From positions 128,464,001-128,528,000 of the forward strand of contig OZ024742.1 of assembly GCA_964016885.1 (NCBI GenBank): DNA of 64,000 nt, given 5' to 3'. The stretch comes from Eledone cirrhosa. Its lineage: Eukaryota. The position numbers and the translations under genes are program-made. The first letter of the stretch is position 1. Each line of letters begins with the position of its first letter. Shown piece by piece: positions 1-11,340 of the stretch. The notes below the pieces were generated by a model. That model searched no databases. It had not been told where the DNA came from and worked only from the letters and a program-made list of their open reading frames with translations.

Positions 1-111
1 TCACAAAACATACGGGTAATATATACTTACCTATGCAAATAAGTAAAGGAATAAACAAAACATATACTTAGTTCCCACATCAAGACGTAAAATATCCACG
101 TATAGATCGTG

Positions 112-1003
112 TTATCCGTTAGGGTATAACGTGGGGCTGTAATACAGGAAAGTTTTGTGCAATTTATGTTTACAAGCCGAAATTGCCTCAGATTTTTTGT
201 TTAAGATGTGGTCTGTGGCGTAGAGTATTTCCAGGGCTTCAGCGGCGCAGAGGTCACATGGTCTTTTATTTCCGTTATACGATCTAGCCCTAGCTAGGAT
301 CTCCCAGTGTAACTTATATTGGGTGTGGTTGTCTTTTAGACTCCAGATATAAGCTGAAAGTGACGTCATATTCCTTCTTAGAAAGTAACGAAAAGAATGG
401 GTATGCATGTAAAGACGCTGCTTGAAACTATTGGCGGTTAACCCTATGTAGGCCCTACGGGACGTGGGTGTTACAACCTTACATTTGTAGACAATGTTAC
501 TAGAGAACCATTTCCCGGATAGGGGGCAATCAGCCCGATTCCTACAATTACAGTTAGTACTAACTACAGGGTTGCACGTGTTCCTACAGCTAGGTAGTTT
601 AGCTAAATTTGAAGCTGTGATGTTATGTGCAAGGTTAGGAGTCGTAGAGTAAGAAATTTTAATAGTATTTCTATTAAAAATTTTACTATATTTATGTGTA
701 GGGGGAAAATGCTTCGTAATAAGGGAAAGAAAGATCTTAGCTAATGGTGTGGCCACCTCCATATTATATGGTGGGTTAAACCAACAAATGCGACGGGATC
801 TATTTCTTCTAGGTCTATTTTCGTACTCTGTATATGCTACCTTATCGACAAATCCACTTCGAGCAAGAGCTTCATTGTAATAAGTGGAATGGTCGTTGAA
901 AATGCGCTCGTTGGTGGAAAGACGGGAAAGCCTCAACGAAACGTTTTTTTACCAGGTTCTTGGTTATGCTGGCAGGATGGTTGGAATGCTTACTTATGTA
1001 ATT
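112..1003 (-). mobile_element. Penelope-like element, 5'-truncated: RT thumb, Cys-rich linker and GIY-YIG endonuclease
   Basis: ORF 112..936 extends upstream in frame as YISKHSNHPASITKNLVKNV. Motifs WFNPPYN, KISYS, CNCR..CPL.GK, NIVYKC..YIGLT..FKQR..H and CDLC..E are typical of the PLE C-terminus. The 5' end stops next to a (TA)n tract. Confidence 0.9.
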
Positions 1004-1013
1004 TTATTATTAT

Positions 1014-1044
<31 letters not shown>

Positions 1045-1050
<6 letters not shown>

Positions 1051-1137
1051 CATTTACCATCTGTTCTTTTTACTAGCAATTTTATATATATATATATATA
1101 ATTGCTAGTAAAAAGAACAGATGGTAAATGATTATAT
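1045..1137. repeat. Foldback palindrome centred on a (TA)n tract
   Basis: ataatcatttaccatctgttctttttactagcaatt and its reverse complement aattgctagtaaaaagaacagatggtaaatgattat flank (TA)n. Confidence 0.9.
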
Positions 1138-1138
1138 A

Positions 1139-1203
<65 letters not shown>

Positions 1204-1339
1204 TTTGTGCACCCATAGCTTGCATACAAACTTAGACCTACAGTCAGTAGGCACCTCTTAACCCAATATACGCCATTGTTATTTTATTATAATAAAATAA
1301 TTTTATAAATAAAAATGGCGTAGACATTACAATACATAC

Positions 1340-1645
1340 AATACAGCAGGGGAAACATGATAATAGAACCACTGATGATGTTGCAGATGTGCAACGAAAG
1401 AACTTTGTTAGACTATATATATGTATTTATATCTGTATTTTTGACTGTTGGTCAGTCAGTGGTAAACATTGATGGCCAAATGAATTAACTATGGAGATAT
1501 AAAAGATACAGAAGTGAAAACCAACTAGTGAGTGTGTTCTGTTATTATTTCTGGCAATATTATTACAACAATATGACCCTCCACAAGTATAACAATATTT
1601 GTTTCAACACACGATTTCATATCAAAAAATTGCAAAACAAATACA
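1340..1645 (+). mobile_element. Non-coding hammerhead-bearing repeat, probably PLE pLTR-derived; sister copy at about 9600-9860
   Basis: Shares gaaagaacttt, gtgaaa..aact.gtg and atgaccctcc..aagtataacaatat..gtttcaacacacg with 9600-9860. Confidence 0.65.
1366..1410 (+). ncRNA. Type I hammerhead-ribozyme-like motif (minimal PLE type)
   Basis: CTGATGA-t-[gttgca gatg tgcaac]-GAAA-gaactt. Stem II is a perfect 6 bp; stem I is degenerate. Confidence 0.7.
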
Positions 1646-1882
1646 TATATACAGTATATATATATATATATATATATACAAATGATGAATCAAAACATAT
1701 CAGATATGTTTATAATAGCTCAATAGACTTTATCTAGAGCCATAATAACCAAATTAAAAGATATATGTATATATATATAGAGAGAGAAAGAGCCATATAT
1801 CGTAAAATAAACATGGTATACTGTATATATACCAAATACATATTCAATAGAAGAATATGTACACAGGTGAAATCGTAAGTGA

Positions 1883-2037
1883 AACCTTATAGTGCTTTTT
1901 CATACCTGGAAAGTAGGGCAAAAAATTGATCTATGTAATCGATCATCGATAAAAAAATCAATCAATAAATTCGATCATTGAAGACACACTATCGATTATG
2001 ATTAAACCACATGAGAGTCAGGTACTCTTCAGAGGTT
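1883..2037 (-). ncRNA. Hammerhead-ribozyme-like motif with a long stem II insertion
   Basis: Minus strand reads aacct CTGAAGA gtacctg ..(about 110 nt).. caggtat GAAA aagcactata aggtt. Stem I is aacct/aggtt and the base of stem II is 7 bp. Confidence 0.6.
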
Positions 2038-2134
2038 GAGTGTCACCATTCTAAGGGAAATATAGAATGAAGATGGTAAATAAATCAATATACCAACGTG
2101 TCCACCATGCTGAGAAGCACATATACATATATAT

Positions 2135-4307
2135 CACCATCATCACCATCGTTTTACGTCCATTCTTCCATGCTGGTATGGGTTAGATGGGTTGTCCTGT
2201 TGTGGGCAGTGCCAGGTCAAGTGACAATGTTTTGCTCATACAGAACTGATTTTGGCTTGATTCCTACAGCTGGATTCCCTTCCTAACACCAATTTCATTT
2301 ACAGTGAGGACTGGGTGCTTTTCACTGTAGTGTCTACATGACCACTTTACAGTGTGGACTGGGTGCTTTTTTGTTGTGACTCCTCCACGACCACTTAACA
2401 GTGGGAGGGTGTGGTGGCATGTTGTCTATATGCTTCAGCTTTGGCTTGTACCCATGGGAAGTCAAGTCTTCTGTACTACTGCATAACGCCAGAGGTCTTG
2501 GTCCTGTGTCATCGCCTTTGAGAGGTGCAATTGGGCAAGATCAGCTTTTATCACCTCATCCCAGGTCTTCTTGGGTCTCTCCACTCCAAGGCTTCCATCG
2601 ACTTCTAGTGCTCTGCACCTTTTATGCAGCCGTCATCCTTCATATGCATCACACGGCCATATCAATGTAATCTCCTCTCCTGCACACAGCATTTGATTCC
2701 TCTTATGCTTAGTCTCTCTCTCAATTTGTTTATATTTAGCTGTTTGCGTATATTACTATTACACATCCATTGGAGCATGCAAGCTTCATTTCTTTCTAAT
2801 CTACGCAAGTCTTCTGCACACACGCCCAGGTCCCACTACCATGCAACATTGCTGTTTGGGTGCATGCATCATACAGTCTGCCTTTCATTTTGAGGGGAAA
2901 GCCTTTTGCAGTTACAAGTGGTAGTAGCTCCCTGAACTTCTTCCATCCTGTTCTTACCCTGGTTACTGTACTTTCAGAACACCCACCTCCAATGCTAATT
3001 TGGTCACCTAGGTAGCAGAAGCTGTCTACTGTTTCTACAGAGTCCTCCCAGAGTTTGGTAGTGCTTGTTTCCTCTGGTCTTTTGCTGCTTACTGTCCCAG
3101 TGCACCTGCTACATGTAAAGCCTACATTCTTAACTAAACTTCCTCAGATTCCACTACATCTCTTGTGTACCCATAGTTTGCATTTGGGGCAGAGGATGGA
3201 ATTTCTGCCAACACCTTTCCTGCATACTGAGCAAGGCCATTTCCCTGAGGGGATCTGGGTTCTGTTTTCTTGTCTACTTACAAGGACCTTAGTCTTTGTC
3301 AGGTTGACTTTGAGATCCCTTCTTTCTAGGCCCTGCTTCCATGTTTGGAATTTCTTCTCTAGTTCCACCATAGATTAAGCTATAAGTGAAGGATCATCCA
3401 TGTACAGAAGTTCCCATGGGCATCCAGTCTTAAACTCCTCTGCAATACTATAATAAACAGGAGAGGGTTAAGAAGAGAGCCCTGATGGACACCGACCTGT
3501 ATACTAAATTTCTCACTATAATCATTGTTAACCCTAACTTTGTTGACTGTTCCCCTATACATGGCTTGTACAGCCTTCACAAGCCATTCATCTACTCCTA
3601 GTTTTTTCAAGATCAAACAAATGCCAGGTAGAACTGCTTACTTTTAGCTAGGTACTTTTCCTGTAACTGCCTCACAAGGAAGAGAGCATCAGTGGTGCTT
3701 TTGCCTGGTACAAACCCAAACTAGATTTACCCGGTGCCTAATCAGCTGTGCTATAACACTTCCTGTTATTTTCATGACCTGGTCCATCAGCTTTATACCT
3801 CTATAGTTTCCTCTATCTAGTGCATCACCTTTACCCTTATAGCAGTTGACAATGATGTTGCTGCACCAATCCTTTGGTATAACACCCTCTAGTATTACTT
3901 TGTTAACTACGTGTGGTTATGGTGTGACCTACTAACCAGATGCTTTCAGCATCGCGGCAGCTATACCCGATGGGCCGGTTGCCTTCCCAGTCTTCATATC
4001 TTTAAATGCCTTACTTACTACACTGCTGCTACCTTGTATTGCTGGACCCTCTATATGGTCCACTTGAGGTAGGGTCTCTTTCTCCCATGCATTCTCCTCA
4101 TTCAGTAATCTTTCATAATGGCTCTTCCACACAGCTTTCTTCTTGGCACTTGTGAGGGTAAGCTCACCTTTATCATCCTGGACACACTTCTCCAATGACA
4201 TCACAATTTTCTCTAACACACTACCTCGCAATTCCGAACACCTCTTTTTGGTCCTCACTCTGCAAAACATGCTTGAATTTTTTATCCACCTCTTCCCTTT
4301 TAGCTAA

Positions 4308-4310
<3 letters not shown>
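2135..4310 (-). mobile_element. RTE-clade LINE, degenerate 3' half (RT pseudogene, 3' UTR, (GAT)n-type tail)
   Basis: Fragments KDMKTGKATGPSGI, VGVHQGSLLNPLLFIIV, a degenerate ELLYMDD, LKVNLTKTKVL and a Cys/His insert (CSVC..SILCPKCKLWVHKRCSGI). Multiple frameshifts and stops. Confidence 0.88.
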
Positions 4311-4362
<52 letters not shown>

Positions 4363-4544
4363 TCTACCTGTTTATATCTATATTATCATGGTCAATCAAC
4401 CTTCTGATATGATTGTAGAATAATGAACTAATTATGCACTAAACCTCGCTTTTGTGTTTTCATTGTTCAACCTATACACACACACACACATACATATAGA
4501 AATATATATATGTACACCCCCCCTACATATATATATATATATGA

Positions 4545-4930
4545 TTATCATCATCACTGTTTAATGTCCATTTTTCCACACTAGTATGGGTTAGACGAGT
4601 TTTCCTGTTGTTAGTCAAGACAGGTCAAATAACCATGTCTTGCTCTTACAGAGCTGTTTCTGGCTTGATGCCCTTCCTAACATCAATCACATTTGAGTGT
4701 GGACTGGGTGCATTTTATCGTGGCACACCAAAATGACCATGTTACAGTGTGGACTGAGCATTTTGTCGTGGTACCAAAACAGCCACTATACACTGAGGAC
4801 TGAGTGCTTTTTGTCACAGCACTAAAGTAACAACTTTTCAGTGTGGAGTAGGTACTTAGCTCCCAAAATGGCCACTTTTTGTCCATCACGACCCCTTTAC
4901 AGGGTGGACTGGATGCTTTTGTCATGACTC
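4545..4930 (-). mobile_element. RTE 3'-tail or SINE-tail fragment with an internal ~42-bp tandem unit
   Basis: catgggttag..gatgcccttcctaac-like sequence followed by about 6 copies of acagtgtggactgggtgctttt.. Confidence 0.75.
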
Positions 4931-5329
4931 CATTAGGGCTGCTCAATCAGACCCAACTTAAGGCTGAACAACGCCCACATTATGGATGAAATGTTTATAT
5001 TTGGCTCTTACAGTTACAATTTCCGATGGTGATTGATCACTTTTGAATCTCAAAAGGACTTTTTTAATGAACAAAGATGCTTTACTTGTGAAAGAAGACT
5101 GAGCAGTCCTGCTATTATTAATATTGAGTATGAACTGCTGAAAATAGACATTTCCTGTACCTTAAGCAAGTCTACTCTTGTGAAATGTAAATGATCTTAA
5201 TGAGATGAGTTCAACTTAAGGTTTCTATTAATTATTAACGTCTATTTCAGGTGGCAACTTGGCATTGCCATTAGAATGTCAGATAGACTGCTTCACAATA
5301 TTTGTTTCAGCTTAAACCACTCGGAGCTC

Positions 5330-5775
5330 ACATCTTCTTGAGGTCAACTTTGCCTTTCATCCTTCCAAGGTCAATAATACTGGGGGTCAGTGTGATTGAC
5401 TTCGTCCCAACAAAGACATTGCTGATTTTGGACCTAAATTAGAAGCCGAGGTTAACTTTGCCGAGGTTAACTTTGCCAAGGTTAACTTTGCCTTTCACAC
5501 TTACGGGGTCGATAAAATAAAGTACCAGTAATGTACTGGGTAATTGATGGCCTTGTGCCAAAAGTAGAAACAATTATTTATTAATTTCAAGGATTGGCAA
5601 TATTGATTGAGTGGCAAACATTCTGAGTCCAAATCTCGCTGAGGTTAACTTTGCCTTTCATCCTTAAGGGGTTGATAAAATAAAGTACCAGTAACACACT
5701 GGAATCGATTTAATCGAATTTGTCCTTTTCCCTTCAAATTGCTGGCCTTGTGCCCAAAGTAGAAGCCATTATTTA
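5330..5775 (+). mobile_element. Cluster of SINE family A copies and fragments
   Basis: gaggttaactttgcctttcatcct..ggggtcgataaaataaagtaccagta..gccttgtgcc.aaagtagaa is repeated, with a 3x gccgaggttaacttt-type stutter at about 5445-5490. Confidence 0.8.
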
Positions 5776-6134
5776 TCAGTTTCAATTGATTAATTTTAGA
5801 ATAGTTAATCATTATAACATGAATATTTTACTTGGTTTATTTCACTGTTATTATGGTAATTTGAAGAGTTACATTAATTAGAAAATTAATTTAAACACAT
5901 TTAATTGGAACCCCTTTTAAAGAATTACTACAGGCTTGCAATAACTTCAGTTTAGACTGAAAGACCTGTGTGAGAACCACTTTGATAGTGAATGATCAAC
6001 AGTCATATATACCACACACACTCTACATTAACAGAACAGAGAGATATCAATTCTAAACCACATCCTGGCAATCCTGTGTGCACAATCAAACTTACTAAAA
6101 ACCACCATCAGAACAAGTTATACTTAGCAAACTA

Positions 6135-6323
6135 CTGGTAAAATTCCGTTATAACAAATACCATTATAACGAATTTTTCAGAATAACGAAATTTTTTTTG
6201 AATCCCCGAAGTAATAACAAACAAATGCTCGATTTATTTCGGTCGATCTCGTTATAAAGAATTTTTCGTTACAACAAATTTTGTTTTATATCCCATGAAT
6301 TTCGTTATAATGGAATTCCACTG
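6135..6323. mobile_element. MITE, Tc1/mariner-pogo-like, flanked by TA
   Basis: Imperfect TIRs ctggtaaaattccgttataacaaa and ttcgttataatggaattccactg, internal ataacga subrepeats, TA on both sides. Confidence 0.65.
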
Positions 6324-6554
6324 TAAATACTATAAATATAAATCCAGTTGACCCACTAAATGTAGGCAAACATGGATTTGTCCATGAAGTGACTGGAAAT
6401 ATATATCTCGTGAAACCTTGTGATACTAAGTGTGACATGTAAATTTGAAATAATTTTTTTTAAAAGGATTTCTTCATCTTATCTGATGCCTGCCAGACAA
6501 TTCAAACCTCTCAGTAATCGCCATATCATCATCCTCATCATCATCATTGTGGGT

Positions 6555-6647
6555 ATGGTGTGGTGTGCGGTGGCCGGAGGCGGGGGGACTGCTCGACCGG
6601 AAGGGGTTTTTGAGTGCTCGACCGGAAGGCTGTGAAAAGCGGTAAGT
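6555..6647 (+). promoter_or_regulatory. Candidate promoter or non-coding first exon with tandem ETS-type motifs and a splice donor
   Basis: Isolated GC/CpG-rich patch containing ggaggcgggg, two copies of tgctcgaCCGGAAGg, and G|GTAAGT at 6641/6642. Confidence 0.4.
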
Positions 6648-6961
6648 GAGATAGCTTTTTCTAACTACAATCATTTTACATCCGCTTTTCCCTGCTTGCA
6701 TGATAAAATATAAATTTTAAACAAAGCAGTTGCCTTAAGAAGCATTGTGCTACTTTACCCAATTTTCTCAACTATTATATATTTGCTTAAACATTTGATT
6801 TATGATAATAATAAATATTTACACCACTCTTATCAAGTTCTCTCTTTGTGTTTATTATTACTGCTGTATATATACATGAAACGGATGTAACAGTTTGATA
6901 TGTAATATATATTTGTCATATGTAAATGAAACTTCCTCGTTTTTTCTATTATATATATATA

Positions 6962-7030
<69 letters not shown>

Positions 7031-7289
7031 GTATGTGTGTGTGCATGTTTTATTAATCAATAGGAACAATGGTATATTTTTCTTTTTGTAGAGGAGATAA
7101 AATATTGTCAAATCTGGGTTAAAATTGTAAAGTTAGTATAATCAATATTGATTGCAAGTAGTGGATAATTAATTGTAATATGTTACGTATTGCCAGCCAC
7201 TGTGATGTTAAGGACTGAGGTGTTCCTAAGATACTGTTGTTTGTTCATAGTAGATAGCTAATGTTGCCAATAAGATTATAAGTCCCCAA

Positions 7290-7525
7290 ATGAGAAGTGA
7301 GCAAGACACTTTATTTCACATTGCTCCAGTTTACTCACCTGTAGAAATCGGATGATAGGGATCCATATCATTCCACTGCAAAGTGGTCGTGGAGTGCCAC
7401 GGCAAAAAAGCACCCAGCACTAACTGTAAATGAGGTTGGTGTTAGGAAGGGCATCCAGCTGTAGAAATCAAGCCAGAATCAGTTCCCGTCCCACCCTTGC
7501 AAGCAGACGTAAAACGAAATGATGA
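7290..7525 (+). mobile_element. SINE family B, 5'-truncated (central domain plus RTE-like tail)
   Basis: gagcaagacactttatttcacattgctccagt..gataggg..ggttggtgttaggaagggcatccagctgtagaaa..gatgac, colinear with the copy at 24490-24815. Confidence 0.75.
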
Positions 7526-7544
7526 CATATGTATATGTAATATA

Positions 7545-8030
7545 AAATATAGAAATTTCATTTTATGTACCAAAGGCAAACTATGGGTACATAAAAGATG
7601 TAGTGGGATCACAGGTAAGCTATCTAAGAACGTAAATTTTATATGTGGCCGATGCTCAGGTGCAATAAGTCGCAAGTGCCCACAGGATACTAGATCCTTC
7701 TATTGCCCAGATGGTTCTATAGAAATAGTGGACACCTTCCGTACATGGGTGACAAAATCAGCAGTGGTGGAGGGTGCTCTGAAAGTACAGTAGCCAAAGT
7801 CAGAACGAGATGGAAAAAGTTCAGAGAACTAATACCACTATTGGCCACTAAAGGTTTCTCTCTAAAAATGAAAGGCAGATTGTATGATGCCTGTATACGA
7901 ACAACAATGTTACATGGCAGTGAGACATGGGCTTTGTGTGCAGCGGATCTGTGCAGACTGGAGAGGAACGAAGCATTCATGCTCCATTGGATGTGTAATA
8001 GTAATATACGCGAACGGCAAATCATAAGTG
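7545..8030 (+). pseudogene. RTE LINE RT C-terminal fragment
   Basis: KLWVHKRCSGI..CGRC, then WKKFRELIPLL..KGRLYDACIRTTMLHGSETW; frameshifted. Confidence 0.85.
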
Positions 8031-8329
8031 ATAAATTCTGACCTTACACACTTACACTTCTCTAAGACAATGTCACTGGACCGAGATCTTTGGCACTATG
8101 CAGTAATACAGAAGACCCGCCTTGCCTATGTACAAAGCAAAACCTACAGTCAGTAGGCACCTCTAAAACCAAATATAAACCCCATCCCACTACCCCTACT
8201 CCACCCCCCACTCCCACCAACACCACCCTTTCTCTGTAAAGTTATGATGGTACCACAACATCCAGTCTAAAATAAATGACGTCATGTAGGTGTCTCGACA
8301 AAAAAAAAACACAGTCCACGCTGTAAATG

Positions 8330-8505
8330 TGGCCATGTAGGTAACACAGTAAAAAACCTCCCAGTCCACACTGTAAACGGGGTTGGTGTTAGGAAGGGTA
8401 TCCAGCGAGACATGGTCACCCGACCATTCGTGCCTCAAGTAGGACAACTCCCGTCTAAACCCATGCTAGCGTGGAAGATAGAAGTTAAACGATGATGATG
8501 ATGAT
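8330..8505 (+). mobile_element. RTE 3' tail or RTE-mobilised SINE tail
   Basis: cactgtaaacggggttggtgttaggaagg..ccatgctagc.tggaaga..(gat)n. Related copies at 9900-10230(-), 11790-12065, 13263-13425, 13875-14000, 16900-17060, 17725-18030(-), 20155-20450(-) and 21680-21855. Confidence 0.8.
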
Positions 8506-8589
8506 ATATATATATATATATAAGTTTATCCCGAGTTCAATCGGGGGTAACCAGAGTAAGTAAGGTACTCAATACATAGCAGAGTATAA

Positions 8590-8701
8590 ATATTTAATAT
8601 AGAAATGGCTTCTATAGGACTAGAACTGTTTCATTCGGGAGAAATCATCAGGATTTCTCCCAAATGAAACAGTTCTAGTCCTGTAGAAGTCATTTCTAAA
8701 T

Positions 8702-8708
<7 letters not shown>
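8590..8708. repeat. Foldback hairpin with a hammerhead-like core at its centre
   Basis: Arms tagaaatggcttctataggactagaactgtttcattcgggagaaatc and gatttctcccaaatgaaacagttctagtcctgtagaagtcatttcta. The minus strand reads CTGATGA tttctcccgaat GAAA cagtt at about 8625-8652. Confidence 0.8.
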
Positions 8709-8756
<48 letters not shown>

Positions 8757-8766
<10 letters not shown>

Positions 8767-9094
8767 AGATCAAAAGATGGTTAAATGAGTTCCATGTATT
8801 TTATTATGCGCATTTCAAAAACAAATATCATCATGCAATAACATTTGTGTTTTCATCAGATAAAATAGGAGGACATGATATGAAGGCTAAAAAACACTTG
8901 TGGATAGTGCAGTTTTAAATCAACATGTTGAGTTAAAACTGCACTATCCACAAGTGTTTTTAAACCTTCATATCATGTCCTCCTATTTTATCTGATGAAA
9001 ACACAAATGTTATTGCATGATGATATTTGTTTTTGAAATGCGCATAATAAAATACATGGAACTCATTTAACCATCTTTTGATCTTATATATTAT
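8757..9094. repeat. Near-perfect ~340-bp spacerless palindrome
   Basis: Centre caacatgttg at 8921-8930. The arms are reverse complements with few mismatches. Preceded by (TA)n. Confidence 0.95.
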
Positions 9095-9264
9095 GTATAC
9101 TCCAGTCCTACAAACTGTAGAGTGCTTCTTATCCGATATCTGCATTGCTTTATTGTACTACAATAAAACTCACCTCCTACATTATATATATATATATATA
9201 TATTATAAAGTAAAATGATAGGAGGCCAGACAGACTGAATTCTCTTAATTATTTATTTCTGCAA

Positions 9265-9323
9265 ACACCATGCACATTTCAATAGCCAGGCTGCGTATGA
9301 ACCCGGTGACATCATCAGGTGTA
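9265..9323 (-). ncRNA. Hammerhead-ribozyme-like motif (degenerate)
   Basis: Minus strand reads acac CTGATGA tgtcaccgggt..agcctggctatt GAAA tgtgcatg gtgt. Confidence 0.5.
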
Positions 9324-9468
9324 TATGGCATTATAGTTGTATATCAAAGGAATGATGGTAAACACATTCCAAGAGGCTTTAAGGAAAAAAGTAAAGAAAA
9401 AAGCATAGAAAAAAAGTGTTTTTTTTTTTTTACTCAGAGGCGATCGTGATAGCCTGTTTTCATTTTAC

Positions 9469-9506
<38 letters not shown>

Positions 9507-9620
9507 ATATAGAAATGGCTTCTACAGGACTAGAACTGTTTCATTTGGGAACACACACAAAAACAAGATGGCGTAGGACAGAACAAAGGAGAGGCACAAA
9601 AACAAAGAAAAGAATCCCCA

Positions 9621-9663
9621 GTCACCGAAGACGTCACAGAATGTGTGATGAAAGAACTTTGAC
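9621..9663 (+). ncRNA. Type I hammerhead-ribozyme-like motif
   Basis: gtca CCGAAGA c [gtcaca gaatg tgtgat] GAAA gaactt tgac. Stem I is gtca/tgac; the core has U4>C. Confidence 0.65.
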
Positions 9664-9855
9664 AATATATGAACAATCATCTGGTTGTGGAACCAACCAA
9701 CCAACCGGAAATTTATAAATTTAATTTATAATAAATTGAAGTGAAAGCAACTGGTGTGTGTGTTTCTTATTGGCAACATGACCCTCCCAAAGTATAACAA
9801 TATCGGTTTCAACACACGTTTTCAGATAAAGAATCCTGCTAAACAAATTCAGAAA

Positions 9856-9902
<47 letters not shown>

Positions 9903-10388
9903 CATCATCATCATCATCATCGTCGTCGTTTTATATCATCATCATTGTTTTACATCCATTCTTCCATGCTAGCATGGGTTAGACGGGTTGTCCTGCTGTG
10001 GGCAATGTTGGGTCGGGTGACCTTGTCTTGCTCATACGGGAACTGATTCTGGCTTGATTTCTACAGCTGGATGCCCTTCCTAATACCAACCTCATTTACA
10101 GTGAGTGCTGTGTGCTTTTTTTTCTGTGGCGCCTACACCACTTTGCAGTGGGAGCGGGTGGGGGCATATTGTCTATATGCTTCAGCTTCGGCTTGTTCCC
10201 GTGGGAAGTTGAGTCTTCTGTATTACTGCATGATATGTATATTACTTCATATAGGTATATAGTATATAGTAATAATAATAAATTTCAAGACTAAAATCCA
10301 AAGAGGGCTCGATAAGGATAAATATATATCAAATATATAAGAACCCTAGAGCAAATATTTATTAAAATAACAATAATTAATATATATA

Positions 10389-11263
10389 CAGGGTGCAGAC
10401 GATATTTGTTAGGAAAAAATAACACAGTAGTTTTATTTTTTAAGATATATTTATCAAACTTGGGTCAGTTTGTCTTCATGACTTGTTCTTTCGATCTCAC
10501 TCGATAAACCCGCCATTGGCTTTGATGATGGCCTCAAGGCGGCCTCGAAACAGCTACAGGCCTTCGTCACTGTACCCCGACTTAGGCCCCTAAAGGCACT
10601 TGTGATCCTGGCCTTCAGATCGTCTTTCGTATTGCAGCTAGATCTGTTGGTGTCTCGTTCCACTGCACCCCACACAGAGAAGTCGAGGGGGTTGCAGTCA
10701 GGCGAGCTGTGAGGCCAGATGTCAGGTGAAGTGTGGTCGACGAAGTTTTCTGACAGCCAGACTTGGGTCTTTCAGCTGGTATGGCAGGGCGCTGAGTCTT
10801 GCTGCCACACGTACGGCCTACCTGCAGCTACCTGGTCGATCCAGGGCTTTACAACCTTGCTCATAACGCGGATGTAGCCAGCAGTGTTCAGCTTGAGGCC
10901 CTCAGGGAAGAAGTGAGGAGGCATGACGTCTTCTTGACTGCTGATGACACCTAAGACCAATGTTGTCGCTGGAAACTTTGTCTGCATGACTCTGGGCACG
11001 TCTTTGGATGAGACAATGAGCCACCTGTTGTTCTGGGAGTTGATCTTCTGGTCTTATTTGTCCTCCCAGCACGGATTCCAAGAAGAACTCCGTGTCTCTT
11101 CCACAAATTTGGAGGTTCAAAATTATTCATAATCAATTATTCTGAAAATAAATAATGGAAATATAGTCACTGTTTTTATGAAGACAAGAGTGACTACGGA
11201 AGTAAAAAAAATTTGCATAAAATTAGCAGTTGAAAATTGCGAACAAATATCGTCCACACTCTG
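10389..11263 (-). mobile_element. Tc1/mariner maT-family (DD37D) transposon, internally deleted, with transposase pseudogene
   Basis: TIRs cagggtgcagacgatatttgtt and aacaaatatcgtccacactctg within TA. QQDSAPCHTS*KTQVWL..WPHSSPDCNPLDFSVWG has 37 residues between the second and third D. One in-frame TGA; the N-terminal HTH region appears to be missing. Confidence 0.9.
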
Positions 11264-11340
11264 TATATATATATATATATATATATATGAAAGACGTAAA
11301 ATAAGAAAATTATAATAATTAACTTACTTACTTAAGTTTC

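Noticed and set aside
4958-5160. Stop-free minus-strand frame of about 65 codons after a tattttcag acceptor-like site
   Set aside because: No recognisable protein motif or partner exon; cannot be supported without RNA data.
10306-10346. Further hammerhead-like remnants (also about 1682-1725)
   Set aside because: Cores too degenerate to call.
10772-10774. In-frame TGA as selenocysteine or readthrough in the transposase
   Set aside because: Most simply a CGA>TGA decay mutation in a deleted element; no SECIS evident.
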